From positions 92,442,001 through 92,506,000 of the forward strand of contig NC_043004.1 of the NCBI RefSeq assembly GCF_006345805.1: a stretch of 64,000 nucleotides of DNA, in the 5' to 3' direction. The position numbers and the translations under genes were made by a program. Position 1 is the first letter of the stretch, and every line of letters starts with the position of its first letter. This DNA is from Octopus sinensis (Eukaryota). Positions 53,601-64,000 of the stretch are shown here, in pieces. The notes below the pieces were generated by a model. It did not search any database. It had not been told where the DNA came from and saw only the letters and a list, made by a program, of their open reading frames with translations.

Positions 53601-53833
53601 GTTGTCTATGAGGCCAAAAGCACCTTATAGACAGCGTTAGGTGAAATGTAAGCATTTAAGCAGGGATAATACTGCTGTTAATTCTGAATTATAAAGAATA
53701 ATCACATCATTTTCCGCCAAATAAAGAGGGTGAAATGAATCTGACCTGCTACCCAAATTCTTGTTTGAGAATTCCTGATGTATGACAGAAGAAAGTCAAT
53801 GATTTATGTTGCTTACACCTCCTAGAGTCATTA

Positions 53834-54065
53834 GGGCGGCGTGTGGTTTAGTGGTTAGGGTGTTGGACTCATGATCGTAATATTGTGATTTCGATTCATG
53901 GACCGGGCAACGCGTTGTGTTCTTGACCGAACACTTCAGTCCACTTAGCTGGCAAAAATGAGTAATCCTGCGACGGACCGGCTTCCCGTCCAGATGGAGA
54001 ATATATACGACATAGAAACTAGGAAACCGACCCTTATGAATCAAGATGACTCGAGAAGGAACCTT
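53834..54065 (+). mobile_element. SINE C head + V-like tail
   Basis: Head like 1742-1990; tail like 700-800. Confidence 0.8.
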
Positions 54066-54189
54066 TTACCTAGAGTTACTGTATCCCTTTCCAACAGAAC
54101 CGAAACCCACGGCTCTTGTTTTGTTTTTTTATATATAAATTAATGTACATATATGTCGTGAAGTCTCATACCAGACACGATAGATCAGC

Positions 54190-54455
54190 GCTCAGCAATT
54201 TATTCTGAACAATCCTAACAGATGGTTTGTTTATAGAGATCAAATACTTGTGCTGCGTATTAGCTCACTCCCTTCATAAAATCGATATTGCCTGCACAGG
54301 TGCACCATGTGTCACACGACAGATGTCGAAGTGATCGCAGAGCAACGTGGGATTAAGTGTTTTGTTGAAGAACACAACGCACCACATGATCCGGAAATCG
54401 AAACCACGATCTCGTGATCTTAAGGGCAACACCCTGATTACTAGACTACACACCC
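54190..54455 (-). mobile_element. SINE C head + tail of the 21940-22170 type
   Basis: Reverse-complement homology to 21940-22170. Confidence 0.7.
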
Positions 54456-55884
54456 TCAGAAATACACACACAAATACACACACGCACACATACACACACA
54501 CACACTGCGCTCTCAATCATCCAGCAATAAAAACTATTTACCATGTAACACAGTCATCTCTCTTATTCTCTCTTTCTCTCTATATACTTTCTCACACACA
54601 CACACGCGCGCGCATCGTTCTTTCATCCTCTGTATCTCTGCACTCAACCATAATTCTGTCATTGCTGACCGCATTACCTCATGATAAAAGAGTAACAAAA
54701 CGTATACAGCAATCTACCGCAAATAATGATTCAGTTCTGTGTGTGCATGTGTTATCACGTGTGTGTTCATGTATGCGCTTGTGTGATAGCCCACACATAA
54801 TTTGATCAAAGATTTATAGCTCGCTTTTCTTCTTGTAAACGAGCATTATGTATACATGTATGTGCATATATATGACAATACATAATATAGAGATATATAT
54901 GTGCAGATCGGGGTTGTGTGTTTGTGCATCTGTGGTGTGTGTGTGTGTGTGGGCATATCTGTATATTATTGCATGTGTCTGTATAAATACATTTCATGCG
55001 AACATATTTACAAACACATTCATATATGAGTGAATGTCTATATAAACATGTGTGTGAGTTTATGTATATTTTAGAACGTGTGTCTACTGATGAGAAATAA
55101 AAAGACAAACAAGATACTTAATGAGGGAAAGAAATTGAAAGCCAAAAAGGGGAAAAGGAGAGACAGAGAGGGAGTTACAATAGCAATGAAAGAGAGGTAT
55201 GAAACGGGAGATGAAAATGTGGTACAGAATTTGTGAGATTTGAAAACGAGGCTAAGAGCGAAACAGAGACATAGAGAGGATTAACATATAGGTAGAAAAG
55301 TACGGTGAGAGAGAGAGAAAGGTGGAGGAGAGAAATGGCGAGGAAAAGAGAAATTACAAGCACATAGATGGAAAGGTAATGAAAAGAATGAAACAGCATA
55401 TCTGAACCATATCATTACAAATCTCGAGTAAATGTGATTAGTCGCTACTTCTCGTTTAAATCTACTATTATCGATCGATTAATCTTTCTGTCTTCTGATA
55501 CCTCTAAATGACGTCATTGTCTGTAAAATGGACAATCCATTTTGTCATATTAGTTCAATAGAAAATATTCCGCGCATTAGTAATTTTATGTCTCTGAGAA
55601 TGCTTCCTTTGACATAAGGAACTGAGGTTTTAAATCTAAAATTATTTAACTGTGACATTACCAATGTACAAGAAGCTAACGAGCTACAAACAAGGCGGAA
55701 TTTAATCCGCCGTGTCGTTGACAGTTCACCAGGATCTTACCTACAATAAAGACCTTACATAATTGCTCGATCTACTAGAAATAACGGCCAAATCTTTCTC
55801 CAGCCGCCTTGAAGAATTTTTGTCGATTCAATCGACCCCAATACCCATTTTTTCTTTTATGCAAGGTATTAATTTTGATTGGTA

Positions 55885-56019
55885 TCTTTCGCCTAATCGC
55901 CAAGCTACAGGGACCAGAACAAAACAACAACGGTTCTCAAGCGGTAAGGGGGAGAGACAGCCACACATACACACATACACGCGCGCACAAACACACACAC
56001 ACACACTCACACACACACA

Positions 56020-56052
<33 letters not shown>

Positions 56053-56210
56053 GATGGGATTCTTTCAGTTTTCGTCAACCAAATCCACTCACAATGCCTT
56101 GGTCAGCCCGAGGCTATAGTAGAAGACCCTTGTCCAAGATGCCACGCAGTGGGACTGAACCTCAACCATGATGTTGGGAAAAAATTTCATACCATACACC
56201 TACGCTTGCG
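55885..56210 (-). mobile_element. Diverged SINE family A
   Basis: accaaatccactcacaatgccttggtcagcccgagg...gccacgcagtgggactgaac. Confidence 0.8.
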
Positions 56211-56766
56211 CTTTCTTGTTTAAATTTAATAGATTAAATGCAGAATAGCACTTAGAGTTCATGTCTTTAGTCCAAAGTGCTTATGGCATACTCTGAAAGG
56301 ATATTACTCCAGGATATTAGTATCTGAAAAGATATTACTATCGCAAATTACTCGCAATCTCTACGCCCTGTCTCTCTAATAAAAATTATGATGTCTGACC
56401 TTGACACACAATCAAAAACACTATCTATTAAAGGTATAGTCGAATGAGTTGACCTATATCTTGACTGCTTATTTTATTGTACCCGAAATTTGACTTCAGA
56501 GAATTTTGAACATAAGACTTTGACGAACGAGACTAGATATAATGCCAGCAAAAAGGGAAATTTATGCCGTAACTCAGCACGCTAGAAATAAAATCAACTC
56601 TATAACCTTAACTAAGTAAAGGCACATTGGATACGTGGGGATTATCAAGGCTAGAACACTTTTGATTGTAGATCTACTGAAATGGGGATAATCTGCGGTT
56701 AAACATCAACTAAATACAAGAAAGCAGTTTTTAATATTAAGAATATATATATTTCATATAATAATA

Positions 56767-56936
56767 TACGAGGGAGTACTGAAAAGTTCCCGTTTTTAAG
56801 GGCTTAGATAAACTGATGGACCGCTGCAATAAGTGTGTGAATTTGAGAGGGAAATATGTTGAATAATATCATAATTAAATGATCCTCTTGTATTTTCTTT
56901 TGTTCAAAGTCGGGAACTTTTCATTACTCCTTCATA
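56767..56936 (+). mobile_element. mariner MITE retaining the transposase C-terminus
   Basis: TA-flanked TIRs as at 45658; internal KLMDRCNKCVNLRGKYVE* (cf. mariner KL..RW.KCV...GDYVE*). Confidence 0.85.
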
Positions 56937-56952
56937 TATTTATACTTGTCAT

Positions 56953-57250
56953 GTGGAGGCTCTTGACTTAATGGTTAGAGGTGTTGCACTCAGGATTGTA
57001 AGATCGTGGTTTCGGTTCCCAGTCAAGCGGTTCGTTGTGCTCTTCTTGAGTAAAACACTTCGTTTCACGTTTCTTCAGTCTACTTAACTGTAAATAGGTA
57101 TCCCTGCAATGGATGGGTCCACGCTGAGGAGAAAATATCGGACTGCTCGACTAGCCATCATGGTGGCATCTTTCTATAACTAATCAACGTGAGGAAGCGC
57201 GTTGCAAACAACGATGTATAACAACATCTGTCTTTCTGATGATACATGTT
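56953..57250 (+). mobile_element. Diverged SINE C head + tail of the 23222 type
   Basis: Head/core similar to C; ctgctcgactagcca...ggtggcatc...caacatctg tail. Confidence 0.65.
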
Positions 57251-57416
57251 TAATTCATCCTTGTAACTTATAAGAAAGGACAAGCGAGATTTAAGATCAA
57301 AGATCCGTTACTTCGATAACGTCTGCGCTATAAAATATCAAGCTAGTACTCAGGTCGATGGTAGCGACTAACCCCTCCTCTCAAAATTGCCAATAATTCG
57401 TCTTAATCCGAAACTA

Positions 57417-57417
<1 letters not shown>

Positions 57418-57457
<40 letters not shown>

Positions 57458-57985
57458 GAGTGAGAGAGCAGCGCATGGCATCAAAGTGACACTGGGGTAA
57501 AATATACGAAGCCCAGTATACCCATCATGAATACCCGTCTGATGAGGGTACACTAAGCACATGCATCACAACCATATGTGCGCGACATGGTGATCTCATA
57601 TCAAGATAAACAGCACATGACCTTGCAGTTAGAATTTTCTTCTGGTCGAGTAGCCCATCCCGCTCAAAAGGTCCCTGAATAAGGGTTGTTTAAGGATGTT
57701 GAACGAAACACCCATGTTTCCAGAAGTGAATTATTCAAACTCAAAAGAATCCCTCTCAACACATGGCTATGATGCTCCCCTACTACTTCTGCTCGTGATC
57801 AGAGATGCACATATCGTCAGCCACTAAGGGACATGCTCAACTGGTTACGGTCAAACAACTGACAAGCAAATCTGTGGTATTGAGCAGAATATTTGCTGTA
57901 GCCCATTTTTTATACCAAGACAAAACAATATACGTAACATTTCCAATCAGTTAAGATCAGAAGCCATGAGAGCCATTGCAGGACT
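57418..57985 (-). mobile_element. (TAA)n-tailed retroposon 3' end (probable LINE 3' UTR or non-autonomous derivative)
   Basis: Minus strand ends ctctctcactcaataataataat...; no ORF; abuts the mariner relic. Confidence 0.5.
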
Positions 57986-57989
57986 GATT

Positions 57990-58200
57990 CACAAGAGTGC
58001 ACCTTCTCAAACCATCGACGTACAGTGCGCTCATTCACCACAACTTCACCAAACACTTCATTAATGTTTCGAGCTGTCTGGGATGCTTTCGTTCCAAAAC
58101 GGAATTCATGTTCATAAACATCACGAGTTCTTGATCTGTCGATGGGTTTCACAAATATTGATTTACACCCCTGTTCTTGTTTCACAAAGACTCAGTCGAA
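57990..58200 (-). pseudogene. mariner transposase N-terminal HTH fragment
   Basis: YEHEFRFGTKASQTARNINEVFGEVVVNERTVRRWFEK (cf. Hsmar1/SETMAR-type ..ETARNIN.AFG....NERTVQWWFKK). Confidence 0.85.
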
Positions 58201-58353
58201 AATGTTTAATTCTTCTTCCCTTAACATGTTACACGAACTGTAGTAATTATGCGCTCGACCAACAAATAGAAATTTTGTCGGCCATGGTTAGCACTAGGCT
58301 CCTTGAATTTTGATGGTTTTTCAATACACACACAGACATACATTCACAAACAA

Positions 58354-58384
<31 letters not shown>

Positions 58385-58385
<1 letters not shown>

Positions 58386-58836
58386 GGTGCAAGCATGGTT
58401 GTATGGTAAGAAGCTTGCTTCCCAACCACATGGTTCCAGGTTCAGTTCCATTGCGTAAACACTTGGATAGGTGTCTTCTACTAAAGCTTCGGGTTCACCA
58501 AAGCCTTGCGAGGGAATTTGATAAACGGAAACTGAAAGAAGCCCGTCATATATGCACATATGCGTATATATATGTGTGTGTTTATGTGTGCGTATGTGTG
58601 TTTGCGTGTGTGTCTATGTCTATGTATACATGTGCGTGTGTTTGTGTCGTTGTGTGTTTGTTCCACACTACAGCTTCACAATCGGTGTGGGTCTCTTTAC
58701 ATCCCTATAACCTGCGCTTCGGCAAAACAGACTGGCAGAATAAAAATAAAAGCAGTGGAGGTCGATTCACTTGACTAAAAATTCGAGGCAGTACCTGAGC
58801 ATGGCCGCAGTCTAATGAACAAAGCAAGTAAAAGAT

Positions 58837-58838
<2 letters not shown>
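58385..58838 (+). mobile_element. Diverged SINE family A
   Basis: ccaaccacatggttccagg...aaactgaaagaagcccgtc...catggccgcagtc. Confidence 0.8.
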
Positions 58839-58888
<50 letters not shown>

Positions 58889-58891
58889 ATA

Positions 58892-59107
58892 TTCAAAATG
58901 TGACCGCCTTTTGTACCGTTGGCGATTTTCTTCCTCCGTCTTCCCTTCCTTGGAGCTTTCCTTTTCCTATGTTTCTGACGAAGAGCTCCGCTCGAAACGT
59001 TAGATCCTCCTTCTTTCTTTCCTTTCCTGTGCGTCCAATAACACTCTACTTGTTCCACGTCCCCGCGTCGTTGTGTTTTCTCTTTGTGTTTTCATGTTTG
59101 GATTAAC

Positions 59108-59108
<1 letters not shown>
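58892..59108 (+). mobile_element. ~215-bp element embedded in (TA)n carrying a minimal hammerhead
   Basis: (TA)n on both sides; partial siblings at 1500 and 4885. Confidence 0.75.
58971..59005 (+). ncRNA. Ultra-minimal type I hammerhead motif
   Basis: GUUU-CUGACGA-A-GAGC(UCC)GCUC-GAAA-CG-UU-AGAU; ACGU palindrome as helix III. Confidence 0.6.
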
Positions 59109-59151
<43 letters not shown>

Positions 59152-59177
59152 TATATATATATATTATATATATATAT

Positions 59178-59222
<45 letters not shown>

Positions 59223-59667
59223 ATGTATACATACATATACGTGTGTGTATGTACGTATGTATATATGTATATATGTATACATACATATACGAGTATGTAT
59301 GTATGTATATATCTATCTATCTATCTATCTAAGTGTGCGTGTATGCGCCTCTCTGTATATATACCTTTATGTATGTTTAGGTGGGGGTGGGGTTGTCTTA
59401 AGGATTTAAGCAGCATTATCTGCAATATACGTCGCGTATTACCATTATACTTCGGCCGATTTACTTACTACTAATCTTTCAGACTTTTTTGCTTTTGCAA
59501 AATATGGGGTTATACTGTAGCTGCCTAATCGTTTATATAAGGCGATTACAGGTAGTAATAGAAAATGTTTTGAAATAGAGCTGAGTAGACGGTTCAGGGA
59601 AGGGTTTCTCTGCACTTAATACAAATGAAACGAACACTGTTTTCGTTTATTCTTTTGTTTGTTCTTA

Positions 59668-60070
59668 CTGTTGTTGTTGCTGTTGCTGTTGAGCGAAGCG
59701 GTCTTCGTCCCAGAGCTCTCAAGATCGCGCCTCAGGAGAAGTCCGAAACGTGGTCCTTTGCTGTTCTTAAGACCCGCAGAAGCGAAAGCCGGTCAACCCC
59801 CGACACCGAGAGCATCGACGGATGGATGGATGAATGCGCATCCAGGCTCAGCGGTTGCGTAGGAAGTCGGGGACAAGAAACAGGAAGAATGAGCGAGAGA
59901 AAGTTGAAACGAAAGAGTACAACAGGGGTCGCCACCATCCCCTGCTGGAGCCTCGTGGAGCTTTAGGTGTTTTCGCTCAATAAACACACACAACGCCCGG
60001 TCTGGGAATCTTAACCGCGATCCTCCGACCGCGAGTCCACTGCCTTAACCATTGGGTCATTGCGCCTTCA
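59668..60070 (-). mobile_element. SINE D head/core with a fourth, GC-rich tail ending in (CAA/CAG)n
   Basis: 59875-60070 matches 47225-47420; 59690-59875 is unique in the window. Confidence 0.85.
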
Positions 60071-60075
60071 GTTAC

Positions 60076-60124
<49 letters not shown>

Positions 60125-60787
60125 GCTGTGGCTGCTGCTGCTACTTTTGCCTTTTTTCTTAAAGCTGGTAGTGTTGATGGCGGCGGCGGCGGTGGTGGTG
60201 GTCGTCGTCGTCGCCATCTTCGTCGTTCTTGTGTAAACTGCATCATCTCTGATCGAGCAGTCCTATAACAAAATTTATTCCAGCCGTGAACCCCACTCTT
60301 TTTCCTATGTACCGAAAACCCAGCAAAACATTATCCAAAGTATCCTTTTGATAAATGCTGGACGTGTGGTCTAAGAAACACTTAACTCTATTTTCTAGCA
60401 GACCAATTGACCATTAAGGAATACTCAATAGTGTTAGTGATCGAACGGCCTTGTAATGTTATGTTGGACTACATTATCTAATATATCTATTCCTTTTTTA
60501 AGCTACCAATGTTGGAATTTAGTGGTATTTGACTGCTACACTTTGTATTGATGATAATGATATTGTTATCTGTCTTGCTGTTGCTGTATCGTCTTCATTC
60601 GCAATGATGTTGTTGTCAGTGGAAATGATAATATTGGAATTGTTGTTGTTCATGTTCTTCTTCTCGTTACTGCTGTTGCAGTTGTTTCTGCGGCTTTCTG
60701 GTCAGCAGTCGATTCTCAGTTGCTTATAAAAACAGTATTCTAGTCATGACATGTCTATTTTCACACTTAATATTATATATATATATG

Positions 60788-61110
60788 TTTCGTCTGCCGT
60801 TACATTCTGAGTTCAAATTCCGCCGAGGTCGACTTTGCCTTTCATCTTTTCGCGGTCGATTAAATAAGTACCAGTTACACACTGGGGTCGATGTAATCGA
60901 CTTAATCCCTTTGTCTGTCTTTGTCCCCTCTATGCTTAGCCCCCTGTGGACAATAAAGAAATAAATATTATATGTGCGTAATTTCGACAATGTCGACTTT
61001 GCTTTTCATCCTTTCGAGGGTCGATCAAATAAGTACCAGTCGAGCACTTAGGTAGATGTAACTTCCCCACCCCAGCTTGCTGGCCTTGTGTCAAAATTCC
61101 ATACCAGTAT
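60788..61110 (+). mobile_element. Two 5'-truncated SINE B copies
   Basis: Match 49330-49670. Confidence 0.85.
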
Positions 61111-61133
61111 TATACATAGGTATGTTTTTATAA

Positions 61134-61166
<33 letters not shown>

Positions 61167-62499
61167 TGTATGTATGTACGTACGTATAATTACATCTAAC
61201 TTCGGTACCGGACCTTAAATTTCTTGGGTGAAGTTCATAGCCGTCTGAGTTGATGGTTATAATGTTACTACTGCATAAACTCTAAAATTTGGGGATTCAT
61301 TGTGTAGCAGACGTTATCAAAAATTTTATTATAGTATAAAAATAAAAATAAGTTATTTGTATATGGTTACAGAAAAAGGAATCATCTGAAACCAGTGCTG
61401 AAATGAAATTGTAGTCTTTATGATCAATATCTCGAAGCTACACTCAAAATACTTGCTTTGTTTCTAATACTACAAATATCTATCTTTTCATGAACGAATG
61501 CTCGATCTAAAGACCTTGTGAATTTCATAAAGTGCCTAAATGTCTAAAATCTATTATTCTTAATGATAAGAATATAATTAGTCAAAATATTAAACTCATT
61601 TTCGATATATTTTGTATATTTAAATCATATTTTGAATGGTTTGGTTTAAGATTCTCGTCAGATGTTTTGATTGTTGGTAAATACAGTAACAGAACTTCCG
61701 TTACAAAAGCAAATAACAGTAACATACCTTCAGTTTACAAACCTAAATAAAGACACCTAGTACCCAGTTGGTTCCCAGTCAAGAATCATATACATATCCA
61801 GGAGCAATATACCAACAGGCGATCGGATAACAAACCGATGAAAAAATAGTGTTGATGGTAAATATTGTGAATATACATTCTAACGATAATCCGGAAAAGT
61901 ATCATTTTATTTATAGATTTCCAGTCACATAACAATTTAGTAGAATATCTCAAGTTAGGAGAGAGGAGATTGTATTACAAAATTGCTAGCTGCTTCAGAA
62001 ATACAACAGAAATCCTATCTGCTTCCGATTTGAATCTAGAATTTACGACGCCACAAATTTACTTATGGTATCTTCATTGACCAACAAACTGCTATTACTT
62101 ATCTTCGGTTTCTATGATACTAAGAGAATAAGAGACAAAGGTATTTTGCGACACTCGCTTCACTCCTTTCCATTGGATACATAGAGCAGTAATCTGTTCC
62201 AGTTTTAAAGTTCTACGCAACACTTTATCCTACAATTTCTCTGCATATCAGCAACCATCCAGAATTCCTATATGCTCGCGTTTTTTTTTGTTTTTGTTTT
62301 TTGAAAAAGTAACAACTAGAAATTTCAACTAAATTCAACCTTATCCGTCTCACCAGATGCAGCCTATCATGTTGCCACTCGACTTCCGACTAAATCATTT
62401 TAAAAAGTATATCTTTTGAAATGTGGCATTTGTCTAAAAGAAATTAATGCAGTACTTCGATACAACGAATCACTAGCCTTTAAGACAATGACAGATTCA

Positions 62500-63870
62500 T
62501 TACGTAATCACTCGACCTACCAAAATTACAGCTAAATATCACACTTAAAATGGCAGAAAATATTGTATAATATGGTTCTTGATACACAGTCGAAAATGGC
62601 TACGGCTTACTAAAATAAGAGATGTTGCAATGAACACGTCTTTACCGTCACGGCCGACAACAATAGTGACATCACCAACAAGGAGAGTATACACGGTCGC
62701 TAGAAATAGTAACCAAAGTATTCTCACAATGTACCCTACTGCCTTGAAATGAAAAAGGGCTCATTAGATCAATGGTTCTCAACAGGGGTCCTTATGACAT
62801 TTGGGGATCCATATAAGATTTGGTTGTTAAAATTTATGTGCAATAAATTGGTTATACTTCAACAATACACAAAACATTTTAACAATTGCTTTTTGATACA
62901 ATTCCTAATGTTTAATTATAAATAAGACTTTTTTAAACATTGAATGGTTGTGAGGACACATCAGAGAAATATTGGAATGAAAGGAGTCCATAGTAAAAAA
63001 AAATGGTTGAAAACCACTGCATTAGATAATATACGCATAGACACACAATGTCTGGGAAAGAAAACAAGATGCTTGAGGCTAGAATATATTTAATTGTAAG
63101 TTCGTTCGATCAAGGTTGGCCTAGGATTAATCAATATGAAGCTTTGTACACTTAATTGATCTATTACAAATAACAGCTAAATCATGTCCAACTGTCTCAA
63201 AAAGGAAAACACATTTGACAATGTAGCCCTATAACCCCATATGCTTTGTGCCTGAATCAAAGACAAGACGGCCATGTCGAGAACGCCTATGATCATACTT
63301 TTCCTTAATCGGGTTGATGGAAGCTAAAGAACGACAACAAGAGAAGGAGAGTATGATTCACTGGTCCATCTACAGGAAATAACAACCAAATCTCGTTCAA
63401 ATTACGCACCAACATTTTAAAGAGGGAAGAGCATATATTCGATCTTGTAGTCTGATGTACACCCAAAAAGACGGGATGGTCACGTTAAAGGTTTTTGATC
63501 ATGAATAATATTTGATCAGAGATGGCCTAGAGCTAAACAAAAACACTAATGTTCCCTTATAGGTCAGCACTAACCTAGGGCTCAACAACTAAATCTGTAC
63601 AACTACCGCGGTGCCTGCTTAAAGCTAGATGGATTCAAACGAAGTAACATTTGGATTTCTCTTTCTTAATATACTCTACTAGGCCCTACGATGGAATTGA
63701 ACTCTGCTCTCTAAATTAACGTTTGCTTTTCCAACGTACCTTTATATAATCGCTCTTTCCGTTAGAATTAACGGGCAGGTTTCTCTCAGTCAGCCCCAGA
63801 AGTCTAGTTGACAGGATGCGAGAGAGTGGCTTCGTGGCCTCTAGACCTGCTAACAATAAAAGCCAAGTTA
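62500..63870 (+). repeat. Cluster of diverged head-to-tail family-E repeats
   Basis: Recurrent ..aaataacagctaaatc.. / cattagataat / ttgatca / ctaaacaa motifs near 62510, 62700, 63160, 63370 and 63845. Confidence 0.6.
62770..63019. mobile_element. hAT-superfamily MITE with 8-bp TSD
   Basis: TIRs caatggttctcaac / gttgaaaaccactg; TSD cattagat at 62762-62769 and 63020-63027. Confidence 0.9.
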
Positions 63871-63895
63871 TCGACTCTCCCTCCCACTCTCTCTC

Positions 63896-63926
<31 letters not shown>

Positions 63927-64000
63927 GTTTCTCTGTCTCTATCTTCCTCTTGCTTTCTCTCTCTTTCTCTTTCACTTTCTCTGTTTCTACCTCTTTCTCT

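Noticed and set aside
57530-57560. ctgatgag motif as a hammerhead
   Set aside because: No downstream GAAA/UH or closing helix I.
59625-59966. ORF with an apparent signal peptide (MKRTLFSFILLFVLTVVVAVA)
   Set aside because: It is the antisense of a SINE tail plus a (GTT)n run.

Overview
AT-rich, repeat-saturated eukaryotic non-coding DNA (intergenic or intronic). The microsatellite load ((TA)n, (CA)n, (TACA)n, (GATA)n, (TAA)n, (GAT)n) and the tRNA-derived SINE families resemble an octopus/coleoid cephalopod genome; this is an inference from repeat style. I find no supportable host protein-coding exon, and almost all listed ORFs are translated microsatellites or repeat fragments. Content: dozens of SINE copies with shuffled head/core/tail modules (families A-E are my own labels), decayed LINE pieces (CR1, RTE, R4/Dong, an unassigned RT), Penelope-like element (PLE) RT and GIY-YIG relics, a Helitron Rep relic plus non-autonomous Helitrons, mariner MITEs, a DD37D/maT transposase relic and a hAT MITE. 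The most interesting signal is a set of unrelated short elements, several sitting in (TA)n tracts or beside fold-back inversions, that carry minimal type I hammerhead ribozyme folds with palindromic helix III. One has an intact core (51360-51422) and one has a swapped G3:C8 catalytic core (5274-5324). A CR1 LINE fragment and a SINE family in the window also share the same 3' tail. Most repeat boundaries are approximate, read by eye.
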